Below, piece after piece: positions 28,475 to 40,370 of a DNA stretch of 64,000 nucleotides. Under the pieces are notes generated by a model. That model searched no databases. It was not told the DNA's origin and saw only the letters and a program-made list of their open reading frames with translations. Both the position numbers and the translations under genes were made by a program. Source of the stretch: Bugula neritina (taxonomy: Eukaryota; Animalia; Bryozoa); NCBI GenBank assembly GCA_964035545.1, contig OZ037766.1:14870722-14934721 (forward strand). The letters are read 5' to 3'. Within the stretch, counting starts at the first letter, position 1; each line of letters opens with the position of its first letter.

Positions 28475-31400
28475 ATTGTATGACTAACAGTTTTATACTT
28501 TAGGCACCAAGCAGACCTTTCTGACTCATAGCCCCTAATTCCAAATTAAACTGACAATTTTTAGGTTACAACAGCTAGATTTTGAACATACATGCAATTT
28601 AGATGTAGATGAGGAATTAGTAATAAGCAATTAGTCAGGTAAGAGGATCAACTTTATGCAAGTAATTTAGATATGAAGGAAGTATTTAGCTAATAGTTGT
28701 TTCAACATCTCCATTCTACTTTTATGGATTAAAATGAGAGTGCATAGCGTAAGGGAAAAGCTACCAGCCCGATCAGTAACAGACAAGTTCTAAACTAATA
28801 AATGTGATTTGCCAGGACAAAAATTAAAATTAGTTTATTTATTGATCTATGTCATAGCGTTATGCGTTATTATTCACAGCTTATTTAAATTTAAAAGTGT
28901 TATTCAGTTACTTATTCGCAGCTTTGCCCTGTCTAGCCAGATACTGTCTAGCCTGGTCAGCAGTAAACAAGTTTTTCTTCACCTCGGGTAAACCTTTTAG
29001 CACCCATATTTTGACTGACACCATTTCTAGACAAAGATCATTCTCTTCATAGCATTTTACTCTTTAGCTGCCACCTGTGTTATTAGAGCTGCCTTGTGTG
29101 CAGCTACATACTTTATAATTAGCCTTTTTAAACTTGTTAGCAATAGATTTATTTTCACTATTAGTTATGCCATTAGGAAGTTCGTATAATTATGTGTTCA
29201 ATATTCAATTCCTTTTCTAACGTCATCTTGGTTATATTTTTAATTTTCCAACACTTGATTCAATGGTCAAATATTCAAATTTATCTGGTTTTTGATATTC
29301 TAATTTATTTAATTCAACTTCAGTAGCGCAAGGCTAATTATACTGTTGCAATTTTCTTTATTCAAAGTTATTTATTTATTACTAAGTGTACTGTAGAAAG
29401 ATTTCATCATGCAGCGTAAGCTAATGAAACAAGAATTACATCAACTTTTTCTAAAGAGCAGGAATCTCCAAATTAGGAAAACTCTCTTCAAATAGTTTCA
29501 CTAAATTGATGAGTAAGTCAGTTAATAGACGGCAGCTTACATGGTGGCCAGAAAGCTTTAGGCCTGAATAAATGCTGTCTATAAATCTAACTAATGAAGT
29601 CATAAGTGCTGAAACATAAAAAATGGAAATACAATTGATTGATACTTGAAGTATCGAGGCTTATCTGGAGACTCACAGTAGCCAAACTAATGCTTATCCT
29701 TGTCAGTTATCTAGCTTATGGGCTATGGAATTATTTCCTTTAAGACGTGTCTCACCCATATTTGTATTAACTTATGTTTGATTTACTTTTGATAAAGTCT
29801 ATCTTAATTCATTTGTCATTCAGAGAAACACCCTACAGTAGTTGTGTTATAATATAAGTCATATTTGATTTTATCTAATCGTGGACTTGACTTTCCTACG
29901 TAATAGTATCAATATGTAGGCCAAGTTTCTTGACTTAACGCATGATAAAAGCAATTGACATCACAATTTACAGAGCTACAACTAGATTTATGCAAAATAT
30001 GTTCACTGCAAGTCAAGTATTTCATGTACATTCAAAATATTTTAACCATGAGTGGAATAAATGAATGCTTAAGAATAAAGTCGCCATGAAATTTACAAAC
30101 TATTTAAGATGCAGTTGAATCATAGCCCTAGCACTTATAAAATTATACTCTATGTTGCTAAAAGTGTTGTATCAATTCCGCTTACATACCACGGATAGAT
30201 ATTTCTGCTTTCTGGCAGTTAGTGCAACCATGCAATTAGTACAACTCTAATTATAGTTTCTTACATATCTCTAAAAGCTGTTAAAATGGAAGATTAACAG
30301 ATAATATTTTTTCATAATTGCACAATTAACAAGCACCTGTAACCTTAATGATGGGAATCATAAACATAATTATTTATTGCATTATGAATAATTAGGATGA
30401 ATTTATAAGTAATTGAAAATTAAATGCCACAACAATCAAGAATGCATTAACTTTATGATTTAGCTTAGAATTTGCCTTCCCCACAAAGCACACTGGTTAT
30501 ACTATACTGCAGGTGGGCAGATAGGGTGATTGGATCAAAGTATTGGATTTTAACCTTACTGTGAAGGTGATTAAATCAACTCTGGTTTATTTTAATATTA
30601 CACAGTTCCGGTTTTAGCCACAAGATATGGTGGCAGACAATGGCTTTTGGTGCCTCTCTTTGATATGCTATACTTTGGTTATATTTGTATAGAAGTGTGC
30701 AAAAAGTAAGTGTGTTTGCATATACTTAAGATAGCTAGAAAGTTGTGTAGGTCATTGTTCAATTAACTGACTAAATGATACAACAAAATCGAGCCATGGG
30801 CACATCGCATTACCCACAAGACAGTTTCATTCATAAAGTTAATTAACAGCGTTCCATTGGTTAGCCTTTATAGTATTATAGCCCATTACTGTGTTGCAAT
30901 GCATTCATTTCCCAGACAAGTAGAATGCTATAATGTTTGGCTCTTGTTGAATAAACAATATGCACAGGTGTATGTATGTGTATATATAATATGTAAATAA
31001 ATGAAGCTGATTTCCTATTGATATTCCATAAATTCTTGCATAATGAGTAGAACAAAAAGAATGCTGACTAACTGCATATAGGAATGCCTTTCTATTATGT
31101 AACCATGTTACCATTTTACTGCAATCACAAAATGAAATGCCACGAAACATCATAATGAGAATCTTAAGCTCTGCTTAAGAATTTCCTTTGAGCTGAGAAA
31201 ATCTTAAAAGTTTTTATAAATATTTATTGAATATTGGCATAATGTCAAGCAGAAGCAAACAGTAGAATGCTTTACTATATTATGTTCTTTTAAAATAATG
31301 TCTTTTAATTCTATAAGATTAATTCTGTTTGAAAGGGTTTACGTCAATTACATTTTCTAGGTTGCAGTACTTACAATTCCTTTGTTATAAATTATTGTAA

Positions 31401-34400
31401 TATAAATAGGCCTGCTATGCTACTGGTAGCTCCTGATTAGTCAATTAATTTGTGTGGTCATTGATACGTTCTGAGTACCAAATCAAATATGTTCTCTTTC
31501 TTCTCTTTGTGGTGAATAAATGGAACTCGCCCAGACATGTACAGAATTGCTGACAATTTAGCATTCTGATGCTTTTACACCCCGGGATTAGTCAGTAAAG
31601 CAAATATTAAGGTAGCTCCCACTAACTTTCTTCCAAGAACACCTAGAATTTGCTGTTTAGTTTATCATGTAAACAACTTTGTGTCCTTGATTTACAGGTT
31701 AATCAATGAAACTGCTCTCTAACTTTCATGTGCGTTGCATACATAACATAAAGTTACTAGTTATATCCCAAGCTAGTTATTTGCTTAAATTATTCTAATT
31801 TTTTTAACTTTGATGCACCTTTGTTGTATCAATCATTAAAATAACAATAGCATTTTATAAGTTTTGTTAGAAAACCAAAAAACTTGAATCCAAGTTTGAG
31901 AAAAAGGTTTTTCTAATAATATTATAGTGTCACCTTATAATTCTTATATTAATACCTAGTTATGAACTTATATAAGTTGTAATAATTGTATTATAGTGGC
32001 GCCTGCAACTTATGCTAATTTTATAATGCAGTGGGATGGGGTAAGGTGTATATTAATAGAATATAAATGGAAGGAACGTTTAAAGATTACAGATTATCTT
32101 CAGATAATCCGGGTACATTGAAAGTTTAAAAGATTGTTAGATTTTCAGCCAAGAGTTTTACATGGATATGCACTTTCTAGCCTGCTGGTTTCAAGTTATT
32201 ATAGAATCTGGCTAATTGCTGTACTTAAAGAGAGTTTAATGGGTATTTCAAAATATTTCTTCACTCTTGAATTATTAATTAGGTATAATTTTTAAAAAGG
32301 CTACTCTTATAAACTCAGTGCTAGCTTTGTGAAATGTAAGTATTGCAAGTTGGTGCCATTAATATTGCACTGAAGTCCTAGTGTACCTTATATTATATTA
32401 TACACGGCATGTTTTAACGAGAGAACAATTCCAATTAGTTTTTTATTTTCCCACTTTTTGTATGCTGGACAACTATCGCAGTCAAGTTTTTAAAAGAAAA
32501 CTAATGTAACAAGCAAATATATTGCGATAGACTTACATGGGCTATAGCTTGAAATGCACAAGCAATGTAACTATATTAGCTATCATTGTAATAAACAAAT
32601 TAAGTACCAATTACAATAAGTTACAGAAAATTTGTTTGTACTTTTTACAAGTTACCATATTATTTAAAATTATGGTACTGCTTATTTAGACAAATGTTTA
32701 AATACTTTATGTAATATACATTTTTTAAATTAATGCTATAAATAATAGATACCTATGTAGTCAACATAATCAATTAGCAATAATTTCATTTATGAAATTC
32801 TGAAACATTTTTTTGCTAAAAACTTCATTGGGACAATTCCCTTATTTAAAAAGAGTTATTCATGATATATAATAATATAACATACGTATATAACAGCAGC
32901 TTATTTTTGTATAAACTATAGATTAAAACTATCACAAAATTGTAATAAGCAATACAGTGCTTAAGGATATGAGTTTATAGAGCTTATAAAATATTGCCTC
33001 AAAGTTAAATATGTACAACCTAAATCATTGTTTCGAATTTTTACAGTGACATTGCATAAACTTGTCTCTATCAAGTAAATTTGTTGCAAATTGTAAATTT
33101 TATAACTGTTTACAGGCATGCTAATATAAAGTATATTCATCTTATTTTGATATAAAGTACATCTATAAGCTGTATCAATCAATTTAAGTGTTATAAAATT
33201 GATACTGAAGTCATATGAAAGGTTAATGTTTTTATTAATAGCTATTACGTAACACAAGCAGCTAACAAAAACACGCTTATGTTTCTTAATTTTCTTTAAA
33301 TGAGATAAAAAGAAATCTCGTCAAGCTCGAGCAACTTTTCCCTGACATCCTGTTGACAGTTTAAAGCAGGAAATTGCAACTTCATTGAGTGGATAAAATA
33401 TTAGTCAGTTTTCACCCATGTGGAACTTTCTCTATACTTACTCTGACATCACTAATGCATCTCTTAAGTTGTTTTAAACTGAGCTTGATACTCTAATCTC
33501 CTTGATGCAACCTTCATAGTAAACAAATTAATATTGCATGAAACAATACAGTTTCTTTGAAGCTCTTTGTATTTGGGATAATAACGATAAATACCCATCA
33601 TTAAGCTATACAGGCTTTGGATTAGTTTTATTATTTCTGACAAATGGTTCAAGAAATAATCTTGCTATGAATCATTAATTTCTTTCTTACTCAACATAAT
33701 AATCATGAGGTAATAAATGCTGTAGCAATTTTTTTATATGTCGAGTATTAGTATTCACAAATTGAACTTTTTCACCAATGATAAAGTAACAACTAACCGA
33801 TGAATTCAATTTGTAGTTGCAGCTAGCTATATGCATATGACTGCAGTAAAAAAGCATAATATATATCACATACGTCAACTATATTATTAGATACTATTTT
33901 TGAAACTTGTGTTATTAAGTTAATAGTATTGTAATTCTAACTACTTTCTCTATTCAAGAGGCCAGATAAAGACTAGTTACTGCAGTATTGCCCATTTCCC
34001 AGCCTCTGAGTATCATTAAACACAAATTAAACTACAGCAATGTATATTTAATAATTCGGAGAGCTTTGCAAGTCGTTAGCATATGTCTACATCATTGGCC
34101 ATGCAATTATTTGCTTAATTTTGAAGGAAAACTGTAAGTGGGATCCTTAGATACAATATTGGAGATGTGTGTGTATAAGTAGGATATAATGACTAAGATT
34201 AAATATTATATATGCTTGCACTTACATATAATGAGGATAATTTACCTAAATGACATAAGATATGTATCTATTTATATGCATATACACATTAAACTTGGCA
34301 AACTATGATCTGCTGAGAAGAGTATTGGTTGTTGTATCTGCCTCTCATCTGCAGACCACAGTCAGTAAATATCCTGCTAGGTAAGAATTAAAAACACAAA

Positions 34401-34763
34401 ACCTTGCTCCCACGCAGATTTGCTTGGCTTGTGACAATTCATAACAAACATCTAGCTTTAAAGAGTTAGAGTTCCTGTAGCAACATCAGTTCTCCAGTTC
34501 TTGTTGCAAGAACCATATCTATAGAGCACCAACTAGAAAACAGGATGTAAGACACGCCTGTTTTTATTTAGAATAATAAGGCATGCTGCTAGGTCAGCAT
34601 ATAATAGTATATTAAATGATCATTCAATTGGCTAGGGAATGGCATGTGGTGCAGTATAAAATTTTTACCAAGAATTGCTAAAGTTACCAGGTCAAAGTTT
34701 AAAAACATGTTTACTGTAGATAATTTCAATATACATGAGTAGCAAATAAAAGCTGTTGAGTAC

Positions 34764-34940
34764 CCATGACGAAGAGGGCTTTCTGGGCTTTAAGGACTTG
34801 TTTTCTATTGTGACACAGGAGCAATTATGACTGAATGCTTCTCTCAACATCACCAATGGCCTTTACTAAAATTCAATTACTACTGGCCTTGCGTTTACTG
34901 AGCCAGTGCTCCAATCACCCCTGGACCACGGCTGCCCCAT
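34764..34940 (-). mobile_element. Degenerate copy of tRNA-derived SINE
   Basis: Shares AAGGACTTGTT, CACAGGA-CAATTATGACTG-ATGCT, AACATC-CCAATGGCCTTT and GGCTGC blocks with 55026-55238. Confidence 0.7.
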
Positions 34941-36169
34941 GAGTAGCAATCAGCTACTGGTAAATTTGCTCTATCAAAGATTTGTAAGTTAAGGTGGCCT
35001 CATTTTATGGGCACTTGTTATTTAGGTAACTAAACATAACTATTTTTTTATATTTTTAAAGGGATAGGTACCATTACCAAATAAAATGATTTGATATACT
35101 GCTTAAATATTGAAATGGTGTTTTTGAAAATGATAACTTTGAAGTTGTGTGCCCTTTAATATGACTTGTGCAGTTACTGATAGTGCACTTCCAAATATGT
35201 AAGCTATATTGATATTGATTGATCTAGATTCTAAAGGTGATCAATACTTCATATGCTCAAAAATAATAATAGTTACATTATATTTCATAAACTCTAATGT
35301 AAATTTTAATACAACTAATATTGGAGCAGCCAAACTTCATTTGAACAAGATGGCTGAATTAAAAAATAACTGGGGTTTCACGCAGTTGTAACAGCTGAAG
35401 AGGAGAATTAGAAAAATTCTCCACAGCTAGGAATTTTGTAATACTACGAAAGTAGTGATGGTGAAAGCAGAATGATAAAAATTAGACAGCAAAGTAGACT
35501 TGATACAACCTTGGAAAAACTAGGATTAATTTGGTTAATTGTAAAATTGCAAAAGTCACAAGTGATAAACAATTTGAAAGAAAAGAAATTACTGTGGCTT
35601 AGACATGAAAAAAAAATGAAAAGACAAATATAAGCATTTGCAATTTATTTAATTAAAATGAAGTAAAATAATAGAGATAGGTTTGGTGAGGGCTGGCAGA
35701 ATACAATATGAATTATTGGGGTGACAAATATGGAGAGAGGGGAGGGTGATGGAAGGAGACAAGTTTTTCTGCTGCCTATGAGCACTTGTATTTTTAGAAA
35801 GTTTGAGACTAGCTCATTATATGCATTCTGCATACTACAAGAATATATCCTTATTGTAAAAAACAATAATACCTAAAAAGGTATCAGAATCATTGAGGTA
35901 TTATTTACCCTTATGTAATATATTTATGAAATTATTTTCTCTTTCAGTAACTAATTTATTATTATACACATGTCTTTAAACTAAATAGAAATCTCAAGCT
36001 GTCTACAGAAACATTAAAGTGTCATTGTTTAAAACACAATAATTTTAAAACCCATACTAAAAGCCTGAAAATTGTAAATAATAGCACTTGTTAACTATAA
36101 GTTACAAAAATAGTAGTCTAGAAATGACTTTAAATCTTACATTAAACATACTATTCTATAGTTTTTTTT

Positions 36170-38060
36170 GGTGAAGCGATATTTTATCATCTTATATTAT
36201 TTCCGGGGAATCCAATTTGTTCTGCATATAGTTGAAAATATTACACAATAATATTGCATTGTAAATTGTAATATAATATTATAGCACATTCATAATAAAA
36301 ATAAATGCTAAAGACTTTCTATTAGATATATTTTTTTCCATAATACATTCTTAAACATGTACATGTGATTCTAATTTTAAAGCAATATAGTAAAAACTTA
36401 TAACTTTTTTAAAAAATATAGTACGGATGTAGTTGTTGTAGTGAAACCCGGGCCATGTGTTGTGATAGTATTTATGATCTCTACAAGCCTGACAAATAGT
36501 CGGTGTCTCAAATCTGCTCTGATTTAGTAGCAATAATTGTGATAAAAATATTGAAACTGAGTTTGATGCTGGTAACCACTGGAACATACTGGTAGCCATG
36601 AGGATAAGGGGGTAGCGATACTCATAGTCACCAAAACCCATAAACGCAGTGAGTTTTCATTTTAATTTGAATCATCACAGTATAATCAGCAATAAAACTT
36701 ATACTTCCAGTTATAGTTGCACCCAATCAGAGATATGACTGTGTCAGTATTCATTATGTTATATCGTATTTTTGAATTTGCCAGTGATTAATTGTCCCCC
36801 TTGCTATGCAGAGGGAGCACAACTATAAATCAAATAAGTTCAGTTCTGGTACACAAAGTGCAGTGTAGGTGTGTAGGTGTGGCCTGTATCATAACAAGTA
36901 CAGTATGTGTGGAATAGATTAAGCCTGTGTGCATACAGAGAGAGAACAGTATGCTTGGGGACAATAGAATAGAGTGTGTATAGAGAGAGAAACATTGTGA
37001 ATAAATTGATCTAAATTAAATATGGCTAATTAGCTATATTTAATTTAGATCAATTTATTCACAATGTTTCTCACTCTATACACACTGCACTCAGCCACCC
37101 CAACTTAGAGCTGTTTATAGAAAGATTCTACTAGCATACCTTAAGGTGTGCTAGTGGAATCTTTCTATAAACAGCTCTAAGTTGGGGGTGGCTGAGTGCA
37201 GTAGTTTGGGGTTCTGGCGCTTGGAGTTAGGGGTTTAGGTTGGAGTTTTAAACCCTAACTTTAAACTCAAGATGCCAAACTACTACACTCAGTGACTTCC
37301 AACTCAGATGATTTCGTGAGGCAAGTGATGCAAAGGATGCATACTAGTACAAAAACCCCTAAATTTGCCAAGCTATGATCAACTATTGCTTAGCAAATTC
37401 ATAAATAATTAAACGCCAATATAACTATAACTATAACGAAATTTCTGCACTTGTAGTAACAATATTGGCAATTTTTTTATTTATCAATATAACTTGGAAC
37501 CATTAGTCTGCAAAAACTGTTAGAGTTTTATTTCCTCTCATTTTATGATGATAATGATGAAGACGATGACGATGGTGATGATTATTATGATGGTGGTGAT
37601 GGCGATTCGGTTCCCCATTCAGTCATTGACTTATTGTTGAAGACATTTCACAACATGTAGTAAAAGTTTTTTTTTCAAGTCTGAAATTTAGTTAGCTGTT
37701 AAAAACAGCTCAAATACAAATCAAGATAAATATTACTATTGAACAAAAACGGCAAATGTTATACGAAATAAAACCGTCAAACTCCATTTAGGTATGCAGT
37801 ATAGTAGAAAAAGTTCAAATTCTTTTAGTAAATTTTGGTTTGGGGCCTAGGTTGAAATTCAGGCAAGGCGATATTTTCTTTTGCTACATTTTTCATCTAG
37901 AATACAGGCTTTTTTCAATTTTTCCATTACTGCACAGATCTACCTTTTTATAAGGTAATGCTTCTGGTATCACCAGAGTGATATACAATTAAACCCTTTA
38001 ACCCTTTGGGGCCACTTACAAAGTTAATGGGCTGATATTTTGGCTTTTTACTTTCATTTA
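36170..38060. repeat. Paralogous copy of the sulfotransferase-array spacer (3' flank of the 46-48 kb gene, separated from it by the Gypsy insertion)
   Basis: Blocks such as ATTGTCCCCCTTGCTAT...GTGTGGCCTGTAT...GCCTGTGTGCATACA and CTTCTGGTATCACCAGAGTGATAT recur at 48.7-49.9 kb and 52.7-53.1 kb. Confidence 0.8.
36973..37315. repeat. Chain of abutting long palindromes (fold-back structure)
   Basis: Near-perfect palindromes at 36973-37086 (centre GCTAATTAGC) and 37084-37202 (centre CCTTAAGG), then a degenerate inverted repeat at about 37160-37315. Confidence 0.9.
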
Positions 38061-38284
38061 TTTGTGGTGAAAAAAAAGTTTCAAAGAACTTTTTAAAAAG
38101 ATTGAGTAGTCAACTTTCTTAAAAAAGTATGTGCGCTAGGCTTTGGGTTTGAAATAAGTTCTACTGAGTCATAATACTATTTTGTAAAACCTAAACTTTT
38201 GTCATAAATTAAGTTATAAGAATATATGTATAATTAAAATAGAAGACAACTCGTTTTGAAAAAAATCTGTTTGCCTTTGACGAG

Positions 38285-38695
38285 TGTAGTGAATTTTGCC
38301 AGTTCACTATTATTATTATGTGGGTTAACTTAGACAAAGCCACTGCACAAGGTTGTTTACGAGAAGATACACTTTATTATTTACACAAATATAAGAAGGT
38401 TATTTACTGCTAGCATGAATAGAAAACTGTTACATAATTACTGAGCTTTAACACACAACTACTCTAAATGAAGTCCCAAGCTGCTCTGCCGGCTAGCTAC
38501 TCAGCGCACTGCAACTACGAGTAGCTAGCTCCACCTGCTATTAATTAGAGTGACTGTCTTGATTGGTGGTCACTAATGGTGCCACTACTGTCCATGGTTA
38601 CATCCCGACAGTGTCGAACTCGCAAGATAACAAACAATATAGAGAGTAACCTTTTCGATTAATATAATAAAATTGCATTACTAAAATCCATCACA
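38285..38695 (-). repeat. 3' LTR (411 bp)
   Basis: Starts TGTGATGG and ends CACTACA on the minus strand. Contains CCAAT, CAGGTG and AATAAA (38373-38378). Three substitutions versus the 5' LTR in shared sequence. Confidence 0.96.
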
Positions 38696-38707
38696 CTCTC
38701 CTCGCCT
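38696..38707 (-). other. Polypurine tract
   Basis: AGGCGAGGAGAG immediately upstream of the 3' LTR on the minus strand. Confidence 0.85.
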
Positions 38708-38936
38708 ATCGAAAAGTACTCTCTAGACTTAATATTTACATGACAGTAACACACGAATAATAATGAAGATAACACAGGGTTTTACAAAACTTGAATAAGA
38801 GAAAAATATATATGTACAGAGTAGATAACATAAGTATAATAAACGAGTCTTCACACCGTAGTCCATAACACCTATTTACATTGCTTGACTAGCCAGGAGG
38901 GAGGGGGGGGTACATGTGTAGGTGGCCGCACTGCTA

Positions 38937-40119
38937 TCACTTCTTCGCCAGCCGTTTCTCTAGTCGGGTCTGCAACTTAGCCAGCTCGGTGGTCGCTCGC
39001 TTCTGTTCCATACGCCGTTGCACTTTCCTAATGTCGACTAGTAGGGATTGGTCAGGGTCGCTGTCATCTCGGGGTGTGCTGCTAGCACCCCTCTTCTTCT
39101 TATGGGTGTGTCGGGGCACATAGGAGATTGTCGTCGTTGGGGGTTGTGAGTCCTTCGTTACAGCGCGTCCAGCCCGGGTTATTACGACGCGTAGGGGTTG
39201 GGTGGTTACGTCTGGAGGGTAGGTAGTCGTTGTCTCGGAGGGTTGGGGGTCTGCATCAGAGTCACTCTCTACTGTAGGTCGGGTAGCGGGGAAGTGGTCC
39301 AGGAGAGTCTGTCGTCGGTCTGGGTCGGTCACGTGAGGTAATATTAGGTCCCTGAACTCCGTGTAGGAGTCCGCGTCGACTTCGTACAAGTGTCCAACGT
39401 AACAGTCCCTAGTCCGTTGGTGTCGCAGTATCGTGTCCCTGCAGAAGTGGTGGACTCCGCAGGGACAGAAAGTCACAGTAAAGTGTTGGGGAACATGTAT
39501 TCTCAGTCTCCTAGTAGTCGATAGTATTCTTCTACATTCAGTGCATTGTCTATTGTCGTCTGTCCCTACTAGTGCTTCTATCAGTGTTCGAGTCCGTCGA
39601 GTCGTCCAGTTAGTGCGTTCCAGTAATGCCCGTGGTAGTGCTAGAGTATTGTCCTTGGCTACAGTCAAGTCATCAGTCAAGTCATTTGTATCAATTTGCA
39701 TCGCAGTGTTTGTCGGGGAGTCCGTAAATGTTGCTAAGTGTATGTCGGACAGCATGTCTACCCCTGCTTCTGACATGCTGTCCCAGTTAGTCGTAGGTGT
39801 GTCAAGTAATGCCTGTATCTCGTCGGATACAGGCTCAGTCTCACCTGCAATAGAGTATTAAAATTTAATTACACTCTATGCGTGGGACTCCCGTTCCAAA
39901 CGATATTAATAATCGAGTCTCACAGTCTGTCACTCACTGATCGTGTAATCAGCTGAGTTGACCGTCCCACTCTAACTATCAAATATCATTTGCTGTCAGG
40001 AGTTTCAACTTTATCATTATGACAAAGTGAGACTGCTGTCGCTACCAGAATAAATTCTAACAATTTATTATAGAATTTCTAGTAGACTTACCCCCCAAAA
40101 CAGTTACTGCATTAGACAT
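38937..40119 (-). CDS. Retrotransposon accessory protein (ORF3): acidic N-terminus, tandem C2H2/C2HC zinc fingers, basic patch, C-terminal coiled coil; probably two exons, about 311 aa
   Basis: The 279-aa ORF 39776-38937 stays open upstream to acceptor TACTCTATTGCAG|G (exon starts 39844). Upstream mini-exon 40119-40092 (ATG TCT AAT GCA GTA ACT GTT TTG GGG G|GTAAGT) matches in phase 1. Fingers CTEC-x12-HVPQH and CPC-x12-H-x5-C at about 39545-39402. Confidence 0.8.
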
Positions 40120-40370
40120 ACTTATGCTGCTGCTTTCTTAGGGCTCGTAGATAGCCAAATTGTTTATTGCAAAAGACGTGCTGCCTGTTTGCTAGCTGTA
40201 ATTGAAAAGAGCGCTCACAGCTAGAGTGCTTATGTAACACCCTATACGCTGTGATTTGGCTACGCTCTGCTGACCCCCGGCTGACCCCCGGCTGACCTAT
40301 TCAATCCGCCACTGGGTCGCCTGCTATCAATTACCTCGCTCCCCCAGACTTCTTTGTGAATGTCGCCATG

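Noticed and set aside
30606-30705. Exon-like segment on the + strand (CACAG|...|GTAAGT)
   Set aside because: No convincing coding frame or partner exons found; cannot be supported without RNA data.
37226-37260. TTAGGG/CCCTAA motifs as interstitial telomere
   Set aside because: Only isolated units within a palindrome, not a tandem array.
37545-37606. Acidic poly-Asp coding stretch
   Set aside because: Degenerate (GAT)n repeat with no surrounding ORF; shorter versions occur in the paralogous spacers.
38937-39776. ORF3 as env
   Set aside because: No signal peptide, fusion peptide or TM anchor; it has zinc fingers and basic patches instead.
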